From IMG/VR virus record IMGVR_UViG_3300032268_000973, positions 96,001-160,000 of that record: a DNA stretch of 64,000 bases; one strand, written 5' to 3'. Source of the DNA: a virus. Of this stretch, positions 53,959 to 62,550 are shown one piece after another (position 1 is the stretch's first letter; every line of letters starts with the position of its first letter). Under the pieces are notes generated by a model. The model did no database searches and was not told the origin of the DNA. It was given only the letters and a program-made list of their open reading frames with translations. A program made the translations under genes and the position numbers.

Positions 53959-54891
53959 ATGAAAGATTACTATAAAATATTGGAAGTTGAAGAGAAAGCT
54001 TCTGCGGATGAAATAAAAAAGTCTTACAGACGGCTTGCGGCACAATACCATCCTGATAAAAATCCACAAGGAGAAGAAAAGTTTAAGGAAATTGCTGAAG
54101 CCTATGAAACCTTGAGTAATCCCGAAAAGAAAGAAAAATACGACAATAGAGGTAGTAATCCTTTCCAAGGCACCGCTTATGAAGATATGTTCAATCAAAT
54201 GTTCGGTTCAGGGAGAGCCCAGCCACAACAACAACAACGAAGAAAATCTGCGCCAGATAAAGTAGTAAAGTTACAACTCTCACCTATAGAATCGTATAGA
54301 GGACAAGAAAAGGTTATTCAATATATTAGAGATCAACACTGTGGTGTGTGTAATGGTTCTGGCGGAGATCAACAAGTATGTGGAACTTGTAGTGGACAAG
54401 GGTTTACAATCAAAAATTTCGGAACAGGTTTCTTGACGCAACAGATGAGAACTGCATGCCCAACTTGTGCTGGCCGCGGATATACTTTAGTTCACAAGTG
54501 TTTCAATTGTGACGGAAGGGGAACAAAATCATCAACCAATGAACTTACTATCATGATTCCTAAAGGAGTTGATAGTGGACAGTATTTAAAAATCGAAAGA
54601 TCTGGTGATTTCAAGAACGGTGAATATGGTGATCTAATTCTACAGGTTGAAGTAGTCCCTAAAGATGGGTATGAAAAAATGAATAATGATTTAATCTTTA
54701 ATCTTTTTCTAAATTTAGAGGAGTTGAAACAAGAAAAATATTTGATTTCTCATCCTGATGGAGATATTAGAATTGACTCTCCAAAAATTTTCGATACCTC
54801 GAAACCGTTAAGAATTAGAGGTAAGGGGTATGCTAGTGGAGATATGTATATAAAATTGAATGTTAGATTCGAAAAAGAATCAGTAAAATAA
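53959..54891 (+). CDS. dnaJ: DnaJ chaperone (type A)
   Basis: J domain with HPD; four CxxCxGxG repeats; C-terminal domains. Confidence 0.95.
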   Translation: MKDYYKILEVEEKASADEIKKSYRRLAAQYHPDKNPQGEEKFKEIAEAYETLSNPEKKEKYDNRGSNPFQGTAYEDMFNQMFGSGRAQPQQQQRRKSAPDKVVKLQLSPIESYRGQEKVIQYIRDQHCGVCNGSGGDQQVCGTCSGQGFTIKNFGTGFLTQQMRTACPTCAGRGYTLVHKCFNCDGRGTKSSTNELTIMIPKGVDSGQYLKIERSGDFKNGEYGDLILQVEVVPKDGYEKMNNDLIFNLFLNLEELKQEKYLISHPDGDIRIDSPKIFDTSKPLRIRGKGYASGDMYIKLNVRFEKESVK

Positions 54892-55020
54892 CGAAACCAA
54901 CATTTCAAATAATTTATAGGTTCCATATATGGATGTTCCTAAGATATATGTGCCACCTACCAATGAAATATATTGAATATTACTGGTTGGTTTTTCATTA
55001 CATTTTTTACATTCCGACAT
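54880..55020 (-). CDS. Small membrane protein, 46 aa (MSECKKC...)
   Basis: Fills the gap; CxxC then a TM segment. Confidence 0.5.
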   Translation of the reverse strand: MSECKKCNEKPTSNIQYISLVGGTYILGTSIYGTYKLFEMLVSLFY

Positions 55021-55030
55021 AATTATAAGT

Positions 55031-55204
55031 ATGTTAAGTGAACAAATTAGAAGAATTCTTTATATGTACCTTGATGAGAAGGAACAAGGGAAATATAAAA
55101 AACCTCGTAAGTATAGTAAATCTTATTGTAATTCTACTCCGTGTGACGAAATGGGGTTCACTCAAAAAGCATCTTGTCGTCCATACAAAAATTGTTATAA
55201 GTAA
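55031..55204 (+). CDS. Small Cys-containing protein, 57 aa (...YCNSTPCDEMGFTQKASCRPYKNCYK)
   Basis: More plausible than the track ORF 55038-55262; four Cys. Confidence 0.6.
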   Translation: MLSEQIRRILYMYLDEKEQGKYKKPRKYSKSYCNSTPCDEMGFTQKASCRPYKNCYK

Positions 55205-55235
55205 TTGCCTTTCTCCATTTTTTTTATTACCTTTG
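55204..55235 (+). promoter_or_regulatory. Bacteroidota-type promoter upstream of dam
   Basis: ATTG-N20-TACCTTTG. Confidence 0.65.
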
Positions 55236-55239
55236 GTCT

Positions 55240-56079
55240 ATGATTTCATATATAGGAGGTAAGTCGAAAATAGGTAAGTGGATTGTTCCATTTTATCCAA
55301 CAGACATCGAGACATACGTAGAACCATTTTCAGGTATGTTCTGGTGTTTTTTTAATATGGATTTGAGTAGATACCCAAATCTCAAGAAAGTCGTTTACAA
55401 TGACTTTAATCCACTTAATTTTAACCTGTTTCAATGTGTTCAGAACCCATCTGAACTTCAAAGACACATGGATCAAATTCCCGTTCAACAAGTTGGTGTT
55501 AGTAATACTCCTGATGAGTTTAGAAATATGTTTATTGAATTTCAGAAGGAATTGTTCGGTGATATTTTTTTGTTAGGGGAACCTGATTATGAGTCCGCAG
55601 CTAAATACGTTTATGTCCTTTCTCAAGTTTTTAGTGGAAGTAAACCTGAGACATCGAACTTCATCGATTTGAAGGGTAAATATAGATCCAAGTATTTGGC
55701 ATTCCGTGACAAATTGAGTAAACCTAAATGGGTAGAACATTTCTTGAAAATTACTAATGTTGAGAATCTTGATTTCCAACAAGTGATTGAGAAGTATGAT
55801 TCTCCTTCAACATACATTTATCTTGATCCACCTTATTGGAAAACTGAAAACTATTATAATAATCATGATTTTGATCGAGAAGATCACGAAAGATTATCAG
55901 AAGTTTTAAATGAAGTCAAAGGTAAATTTTCACTGTCATATTATGATTTTGAATTATTGAAAAATTGGTATCCAACCGATAAGTTTCGGTGGGAGAAAAA
56001 AGAATTTGCAAAAGCTGCAGCGGCAAAAAAAGGGGTAAAACAGAATATGGCGCAGGAGCTTCTGATTTTGAATTACTAA
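55240..56079 (+). CDS. dam: Dam-like DNA adenine methyltransferase (D12/alpha class)
   Basis: YIGGKS, YVEPFSG, VYNDFN, IYLDPPY. Confidence 0.9.
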   Translation: MISYIGGKSKIGKWIVPFYPTDIETYVEPFSGMFWCFFNMDLSRYPNLKKVVYNDFNPLNFNLFQCVQNPSELQRHMDQIPVQQVGVSNTPDEFRNMFIEFQKELFGDIFLLGEPDYESAAKYVYVLSQVFSGSKPETSNFIDLKGKYRSKYLAFRDKLSKPKWVEHFLKITNVENLDFQQVIEKYDSPSTYIYLDPPYWKTENYYNNHDFDREDHERLSEVLNEVKGKFSLSYYDFELLKNWYPTDKFRWEKKEFAKAAAAKKGVKQNMAQELLILNY

Positions 56080-56124
56080 TTATTTTACAAAGATCCATAT
56101 ATTTATTATTAAAATATAAAATAG

Positions 56125-57441
56125 ATGAAATTCACATCGTTATTGAAGTCGTTAATTATTGAACAGTCAAGGTTCGAAGTATTGTTGAATACCCTTACAA
56201 AGGCTGGTGAGGATAAGGAAGGTAATAAAACTAAACCTAAACTTACTAAAAAAGAATTTTTTGAGTTAGTCAAAGCGGATCCAACAACGAGATTGAATGA
56301 CGTTAATTTGGAGACTGCTAAACCAGATGAGTTAGCAAAAGTTAAGGCGGGAAGTTATGTCGCTTGGTTGATCAAGAATTATTTGAATCCAACCACAGAA
56401 ACCGCTCCTGGTGATTACAATTATGAGAGAGAAGCTGTTGAGATGAAGAGAAGATTTATCGAAGACCTTTATTATGTCACAGAGGATCTTAAGAAGTTTG
56501 AAAAACATAAAGGTAAGCTTCCTGTAGAAAAAAGGGATATCAATAAGTTAAACAAGGAGCAACTTTACGATGCGGTTAAGGACTTCGATATTACTGTTTC
56601 GGATTTGAAAGATGTAAGAAGATCAATTCCAATTCACCCTGGAGCAAAACTTGCATTTGAGGGACCAACTTGGAGAGTTATTGAAATTGATGACAAGGGG
56701 TCTCAAGGTAAAACCGCGGCATGTTTCTACGGTGGTCACGGAACAGAAACCACATGGTGTACTTCGAGAAAAGATCAATATCATTTTGATAGTTATATAA
56801 AACAAGGTCCTTTGTATGTTATATATAAACCTTCCGATGAAAACGTAGCTCCTGAGACAGGATTACCAGTAGAAAGATATCAAATCCACTTCCCATCGAA
56901 CCAATTCACAAACAAACAAAACCAACAACAAGATCTAATCAAATACTTGACTGGTCCTATGGCTGAATTGAAAGACTTTTTCAAGCCTGAATTTGCTAAA
57001 GGATTGACTATTGGTAATGGTGAGAAATTGGTCATTGATGATTTTCAAAGAGGTGCAACGGGTAAATTTATCGCCTTATACGGGTTGGATGAACTAATTG
57101 ATAGTTTACCATCCACCCTCAAAGAATTCCAAATTCAAAATAGAGATCAAAGAGATGGTTTTATAATTGCAATACCACCATCTATTTCTAGATTCAAAAA
57201 TTTGGAGGCGATTATGTTAGAAAATTGTATCGACAGTATTCCTGATACAATTTGTCAGTTGAAAGAGTTACAGTTTATATCATTGGTCAAAAATCCTAAG
57301 TTGACTTCAATTCCCGAATGTATTGCGAACATGCAATCACTTTTATTCCTCAATCTTAAAGATAGTAAGAATGTTCAAGTCCCTGAAGCTATCAAAGAAA
57401 AAGGTAAGGAGTGGGAAGATGGAATGTGGGATCTTTCTTAA
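56125..57441 (+). CDS. WCT-motif protein with C-terminal leucine-rich repeats
   Basis: AACFYGG...TWCTS; C-terminal IPPSISRFKNLEAIML.N..IDSIPDTICQLKELQFISL.KNPKLTSIPECIANMQSL. Confidence 0.65.
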   Translation: MKFTSLLKSLIIEQSRFEVLLNTLTKAGEDKEGNKTKPKLTKKEFFELVKADPTTRLNDVNLETAKPDELAKVKAGSYVAWLIKNYLNPTTETAPGDYNYEREAVEMKRRFIEDLYYVTEDLKKFEKHKGKLPVEKRDINKLNKEQLYDAVKDFDITVSDLKDVRRSIPIHPGAKLAFEGPTWRVIEIDDKGSQGKTAACFYGGHGTETTWCTSRKDQYHFDSYIKQGPLYVIYKPSDENVAPETGLPVERYQIHFPSNQFTNKQNQQQDLIKYLTGPMAELKDFFKPEFAKGLTIGNGEKLVIDDFQRGATGKFIALYGLDELIDSLPSTLKEFQIQNRDQRDGFIIAIPPSISRFKNLEAIMLENCIDSIPDTICQLKELQFISLVKNPKLTSIPECIANMQSLLFLNLKDSKNVQVPEAIKEKGKEWEDGMWDLS

Positions 57442-57463
57442 TTTCAATTAAAAAACGTTTATT

Positions 57464-57748
57464 ATGAGTGTTGATGTTGAAATATACATGAATAACGTAA
57501 TTAAATTCTTTAGGGATAATCCTAACGATCTTTTGAACCTTGTTCCTAAAAATAAGGAAGAAGAATTTTACCACAAAGTTCGTGAAGTTGCAATGAAGAA
57601 TTTGGAAAACGGTGATGAGGTTGGGTTGACCCAAGTTCAGATAATTGATATTTGTGTTGAAATAAATAATCCTTCGATCAAAAAATTTGATATTGATCAT
57701 GCTCATCTTTTTATGAGAACAAAAATTGGATTATTCTGTTTGAATTGA
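57464..57748 (+). CDS. Hypothetical protein
   Basis: ORF track. Confidence 0.6.
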   Translation: MSVDVEIYMNNVIKFFRDNPNDLLNLVPKNKEEEFYHKVREVAMKNLENGDEVGLTQVQIIDICVEINNPSIKKFDIDHAHLFMRTKIGLFCLN

Positions 57749-57757
57749 TTTGAAATT

Positions 57758-57783
57758 GGGGATTTATAATCCCCTTTTTTTTT
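57758..57783 (+). terminator. Intrinsic terminator
   Basis: GGGGAT-TTATA-ATCCCC plus T9. Confidence 0.75.
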
Positions 57784-57797
57784 ATTATTTTTTATCT

Positions 57798-59510
57798 ATG
57801 AAAAAAGAAATTTTCAAATTGAATTACGAGTTATATAATGTCGTTGTGCATCACGACCATAATCCGATCTCTTCGTCGCCTTTAAAGATAACAAAGATGA
57901 CAGATAATGATCATGAAGTGGGCGATCTTGAGGAGTTTCTTTTTTTATATAATGAAGTTTCTGTTTCTCAGAAAAAAAAATCGAGATATGTAGACTCTCA
58001 TATTTTTATAGAAAAATTTTCTTCGGAGTTACAACAAGAGTATATTGAACATTATGGAAATCCATTAGCTAAAGTCAGTAAAAAATATTCGATGATTTTG
58101 GTGGAAAAAAATTTAGATAAAGTATCTATCAAATTATTTTATGGTCTTAGAAGTAGGAGAGTTGGTAAACATTGGTTTAAGACCTCAAAAAACATGGAGT
58201 TTATAACCGTGAATACTAAAACTGGAGATTTTTATAGAGGATCTTTGTTAAATTATCAAAGTAAAAAAAATTGTAAAAAGAAAATATGTAAAAACTTTTT
58301 TGTTGATGAACCAATCAACAGTTTCATGATTACAATTCGAAATTGTGTATGGTCTTATGTTTTAGATCACTCCTCAATTACTAGAGAAGCTATGTCTAAG
58401 TTTTTACAAGAAATAGACGGTAGAGGTGATTTCGATGAGCTGAGTTTTGAACAAAGAATGTTCAAATTTTATTTAGATAAAAAAGGTGTAAAATATCCGA
58501 ACAACTTTTACATATATTCAAAAAAATTTTTTGGACCACAATTCAGAAAAGAACTCAAAAAAAATGACAATAGATTAGTCGATACAATAATGAGCTTGAA
58601 TAATTTATCTGGTAAAACAATCAAGAAAGCCTTACATACATGTAATAATTTGAACATTGATTTATATTATAAGACAAAAAAATTATTTGGAGAGGATTGG
58701 ATAAATCAAGATGAAAATTTTGTTTTGAAAACATTAAATTCAGAGATAGTGATAGGTAGTAGAGCAATTCCTGCGGAGTTCTTAGATCTAATATCCAAAG
58801 AGGAACTCAGGAGGGTTTTTAAAGTTTTCAAAAAAGTTTTTTTCGAAAACCGAATGAATTCTTATACATTTTTGGACCATATAACATTTTATACAGAACT
58901 GAAAATGTATGGGGAGAACGAAGTCAAATGGATGTCGGATGACTCGGAATCTATGAATTTTATGAATGAGCATCGAGATTGGTCAGATAAAATTTCATAC
59001 TACAAAAATGGATTTTATAATAGAATATACCCAGAATATACCTATGAGGAATTGGAAAAACCTATTGGAGATTACTATCCTGTAGTTCTCAATAATTCTT
59101 CGAACTATAACAATGAAAGTTCGACTCAGTCTAATTGTGTGAAAACATACATTGGTAAAGCTCCGAGTATGATTATTTCATTACGGAAAGGTTCACAATT
59201 TTCTGATGAGAGAGCAACTATAGAATATATTATATTTGAAAAAGAGGATAAGAGACAAGTTCAACGAGTTCAAAGTTTAGGTAGATTCAATAGTAAATTA
59301 TCTGATGATTGGATTTCTAAGCTATTGAAATTAGATCTCAGGATGTTATATTATGTGAACGACAAACGTTTCGAAAGTGTTAAGATAACCAAGGACTGTC
59401 CTAATGGAACAATACTTGAATCCGATTCCTATTTCAACGAAGAGGGAACTTTAAAATGGACATACAAGTCTATTGAAGGAGTTCCAAGTGCAATATTTCA
59501 ATGGATATGA
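57798..59510 (+). CDS. PcfJ-like domain protein
   Basis: C-terminal PVVL...YNNES..QSNCVKTY...IISLR...RATIEY...VQ..GRFN. Start at the ATG at 57798, downstream of the terminator. Confidence 0.65.
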   Translation: MKKEIFKLNYELYNVVVHHDHNPISSSPLKITKMTDNDHEVGDLEEFLFLYNEVSVSQKKKSRYVDSHIFIEKFSSELQQEYIEHYGNPLAKVSKKYSMILVEKNLDKVSIKLFYGLRSRRVGKHWFKTSKNMEFITVNTKTGDFYRGSLLNYQSKKNCKKKICKNFFVDEPINSFMITIRNCVWSYVLDHSSITREAMSKFLQEIDGRGDFDELSFEQRMFKFYLDKKGVKYPNNFYIYSKKFFGPQFRKELKKNDNRLVDTIMSLNNLSGKTIKKALHTCNNLNIDLYYKTKKLFGEDWINQDENFVLKTLNSEIVIGSRAIPAEFLDLISKEELRRVFKVFKKVFFENRMNSYTFLDHITFYTELKMYGENEVKWMSDDSESMNFMNEHRDWSDKISYYKNGFYNRIYPEYTYEELEKPIGDYYPVVLNNSSNYNNESSTQSNCVKTYIGKAPSMIISLRKGSQFSDERATIEYIIFEKEDKRQVQRVQSLGRFNSKLSDDWISKLLKLDLRMLYYVNDKRFESVKITKDCPNGTILESDSYFNEEGTLKWTYKSIEGVPSAIFQWI

Positions 59511-59845
59511 TTAACAAACCAAAAATTATAAAAAATAACGAAAAATCTTTAGGGACTTTATCAAGTGTTCAATTAGATTTCCCTGATGATTCTATTTATA
59601 AATTCATCGATAATAGAAAATTCGAGGTTGTATGGAGTAAGGGATTTGCAACCATTTCGAACGGAAAAATTACCTTCAGTAAAAAAATTTATAAATCAAA
59701 ACAAGGGTTTTATTTATATTTATTGATGAACAATTCTGAAACAAATTTTGTAATATACTACAAGCAAGATCAACACAGTGAACTAACAATATTTTTGCAA
59801 CAATTATTAAAACAATATAACAATGACAAAGCAACTAACAAGTGA
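59501..59845 (+). CDS. Hypothetical protein
   Basis: ORF track. Confidence 0.55.
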   Translation: MDMINKPKIIKNNEKSLGTLSSVQLDFPDDSIYKFIDNRKFEVVWSKGFATISNGKITFSKKIYKSKQGFYLYLLMNNSETNFVIYYKQDQHSELTIFLQQLLKQYNNDKATNK

Positions 59846-60146
59846 AGAATTAAAACAGAAAATTCAAGATAAGGAAAATTTTGTATTGGACTTATTTGCA
59901 ACCTGGTGTGGACCGTGTAAGATAATGCTCGGGAATCTTGAAAAGGTTAATGACTCTTTGATGAAAGATTCTAATGGGTCTCCCAATTTTAAAGTCTATA
60001 AGTTTGATATTGAAGAAGATATGGACTTGATGAAAGAGTGGAATGTTAGAGGTGTCCCAACCATAAAAATATTTAAGGGCGGAGAAGAAGTTTTCTCGAA
60101 ACCTGGTGTCATGTCGCCAGATCAGGTCCTTAGGTTATTAAACTAA
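59823..60146 (+). CDS. trxA: Thioredoxin
   Basis: DLFATWCGPCK, VRGVPT. Confidence 0.92.
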   Translation: MTKQLTSEELKQKIQDKENFVLDLFATWCGPCKIMLGNLEKVNDSLMKDSNGSPNFKVYKFDIEEDMDLMKEWNVRGVPTIKIFKGGEEVFSKPGVMSPDQVLRLLN

Positions 60147-60149
60147 GTT

Positions 60150-60449
60150 ATGAAAGATCTGAATGTAATTGTTTATACAATGAAGGGTTGTCCTTTCTGT
60201 GTTGACTTCAAAAAAATGTTGAAGAAGGAGGGGATTGAATTTTTCGACAGAGATATTGATGAGTATAAGGATGAATATGATCTATTCAGTAAAATTGCTG
60301 AAAATGATTTAATTCCCGCACTTTTGATTATTGAAGGAAATGAAGGGAATTATGAATCATTTGTATACGCACCTGATAGAAATTACAATGAATTAACAGA
60401 AGCAGTGCAGATCATAAAAGAACACAGAAAAAATGTTGGGATACTTTAG
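60150..60449 (+). CDS. Glutaredoxin-like protein
   Basis: VYTMKGCPFC, LIPA. Confidence 0.85.
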   Translation: MKDLNVIVYTMKGCPFCVDFKKMLKKEGIEFFDRDIDEYKDEYDLFSKIAENDLIPALLIIEGNEGNYESFVYAPDRNYNELTEAVQIIKEHRKNVGIL

Positions 60450-61189
60450 AATATAATCAATTCTTTATTTCTTTCTTTAATAAAAGAATATTCTTCAAGT
60501 GGATTTGTGAGTTCAATACTCCAATCCACTTTTTTCATTTCTGATGTAATCCAAGAAAGATCAAAATCAAACACATCCAATATAGCTGACTCTAAAACTT
60601 TATCGTTTTCTAATGTATCTACATTGAATACACATATATTAAAATCATCATCCTCGTTCTTTTCCAAAGATAGTTCGAAGAATAGAGTTGTTTGTCGTAT
60701 CGATGGTATACTGTAAAATATATGTTTTCCGTATAGATAAAGAGATCTACCTTGATTCAAAGAGTAACCATGTGGGAATTCGGAAGTTATAATCATTTCA
60801 TCATCGGAAAACTCGATGGGTTGTCCGTTGAAACTGAATGAAGTATTTTCTGAAATATATTTTTTGATTTGGTCCTTATGATAAGAACAGTTTTGTGATT
60901 TGTGTAAAAGAAAACTGATATTCTTTACTTTAGGAAGTTTGCTATCATATTCAATCAAATCAATTGTGTGTGAGATTGGAGTATCTGGATTGTATTTTTC
61001 ATTAAATTCTTTAACGACAGAACTCATATCCAAAATTTCCTTGTGTGTGGTTTTTCCTTTAACTATAATAAAATTCTTACAATCAGCAATTTTGAATATA
61101 GACTCTTCCGTAAATGGAATTTTTTTGACCAAAAAGTCTGCAAATAAATTTATGGTATAAATTCGGCTGTTGGTCTTTTTTAGTATCAT
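60446..61189 (-). CDS. Degenerate MetK (SAM synthetase)-like protein
   Basis: NLFADFL..., FIIVKGKTT...LD...VV, GRSLYLYGKHI, ILDVFDFD resemble MetK segments; catalytic motifs absent. Confidence 0.4.
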   Translation of the reverse strand: MILKKTNSRIYTINLFADFLVKKIPFTEESIFKIADCKNFIIVKGKTTHKEILDMSSVVKEFNEKYNPDTPISHTIDLIEYDSKLPKVKNISFLLHKSQNCSYHKDQIKKYISENTSFSFNGQPIEFSDDEMIITSEFPHGYSLNQGRSLYLYGKHIFYSIPSIRQTTLFFELSLEKNEDDDFNICVFNVDTLENDKVLESAILDVFDFDLSWITSEMKKVDWSIELTNPLEEYSFIKERNKELIIF

Positions 61190-61245
61190 TACTATTTGGA
61201 TTCATTGAATTATACGAAATCCAACAAACAAAAAAAATAGAGTTA

Positions 61246-62235
61246 TTAAATATAATCAGTAAAAAGTTCGTTCACCAACGTATCTACTTTGGAAGAATCG
61301 GGATAATCATCGGGATAAACGCTTAGACAATCCTGAGAATCTTGAACTAAAGAAATATAAGAACCAAAATATTCTAATGAACCTCGACTCAAGCTATTTT
61401 TTCCTTGATCTAAATAATCCATAATGATATCATTAAAGTTGGATGCCACAGGGATTCGAAACCTTTCAGTCATAGTATTTTTTTTGAAAGAATGGGGCCT
61501 TGAATAAAACTCTCCATACCCATCAAAATATTCTTGCAACTCGTTCATCACCGCACTGTACATTTGATCCTCGTAGGCTGTTGTGTAAGCTTGTGAATGG
61601 AGAGAATTGAGATTTCCATTCAACTCATCCAAGTAATTTTCTAAGAGGTAATTTATAGTATCTTCATCATCTATGATATCACTAATTATGGAGGAATCAA
61701 TTTTTACGAGATCTGCAGAACCTTGCTCTTTAGATAATTCTCTTAAAAGTTCGGTTTTTGGTTCCACCTCAACGTTCTTCAAAGAATCAACAATATGTTG
61801 TTCTAAAATTTTCATATTCTTTGGATTCAATTCAGATATGACATCTCTGTATATGTCGTTCGTCGAATAATCAAACCAATATTCCGAATCTCCTCTTAAT
61901 AAATTCGCAACTTGTGCTATTGAAAGTGTATTTCTACCTCTAGTACAGAATAACTCGGATAATTCAGATCTATCGGAGATATCTAAATAAATTTTTCCGT
62001 CTTCGTCCATCACAAGATCTGAAAGTATGTCGACTACAAACTTATTGAATTGTTTGAAGTCTTCATCGTGTAACCACATTAAATAATGATTTTGATATTC
62101 GGGATTGTAGATATCAACTTTTGAGATAAGACCTCGTTTATTCAAAAAATTGAAAAAAGTTTTATAACCACCAAAATACGATGTTATGTCATATTCATTA
62201 TTGTTGAAATTATCTATAATCTTTTCTAAATCCAT
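61246..62235 (-). CDS. Acidic hypothetical protein
   Basis: ORF track; start probably the ATG at 62235, just after TATTTAT. Confidence 0.65.
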   Translation of the reverse strand: MDLEKIIDNFNNNEYDITSYFGGYKTFFNFLNKRGLISKVDIYNPEYQNHYLMWLHDEDFKQFNKFVVDILSDLVMDEDGKIYLDISDRSELSELFCTRGRNTLSIAQVANLLRGDSEYWFDYSTNDIYRDVISELNPKNMKILEQHIVDSLKNVEVEPKTELLRELSKEQGSADLVKIDSSIISDIIDDEDTINYLLENYLDELNGNLNSLHSQAYTTAYEDQMYSAVMNELQEYFDGYGEFYSRPHSFKKNTMTERFRIPVASNFNDIIMDYLDQGKNSLSRGSLEYFGSYISLVQDSQDCLSVYPDDYPDSSKVDTLVNELFTDYI

Positions 62236-62247
62236 AATCATAAATAC

Positions 62248-62276
62248 AAAAAGGGGACAAAAAAATTGCCCCCTTT
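62248..62276 (-). terminator. Intrinsic terminator (minus strand)
   Basis: AAAGGGGGCAA-TTT-TTGTCCCCTTTTT on the minus strand, one G-U pair. Confidence 0.65.
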
Positions 62277-62299
62277 CATATATCCCATTCCTAAAGTTT

Positions 62300-62461
62300 T
62301 TACCTTGAAGTTTTATTTACATTATAATACTTCTCAACGGTTTTTTTAATCGCCGCTTTAATGCTTTCGCTTTGTGACTCCTTTACAACTTGAGCGGGTT
62401 GTTGTTGCTGTTGTTGAGGTTGAGGCTGAGATTGAGGTTTGTTTTTACATCCACAAGACAT
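62300..62461 (-). CDS. Small protein, 53 aa (MSCGCKNKPQSQPQPQQQQQQ...)
   Basis: Clean ORF between a TATTTAT motif and a terminator. Confidence 0.65.
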   Translation of the reverse strand: MSCGCKNKPQSQPQPQQQQQQPAQVVKESQSESIKAAIKKTVEKYYNVNKTSR

Positions 62462-62490
62462 ATTGAAATAATTTTGGTATGTTTATAATC

Positions 62491-62536
62491 ATAAATACTT
62501 GATGATAATCAATTATAATCGATGAAAGATATTTAT
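62491..62536. promoter_or_regulatory. Back-to-back TATTTAT motifs driving divergent genes
   Basis: ATAAATA at 62491-62497 and TATTTAT at 62530-62536. Confidence 0.55.
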
Positions 62537-62550
62537 TAAATAAAATACAG

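Noticed and set aside
53957-54067. N-terminal extensions given by the ORF track (53312-54067; also 14528-15304, 57750, 1070-2344)
   Set aside because: They overlap neighbouring genes or terminators; downstream ATGs give coupled or non-overlapping starts.
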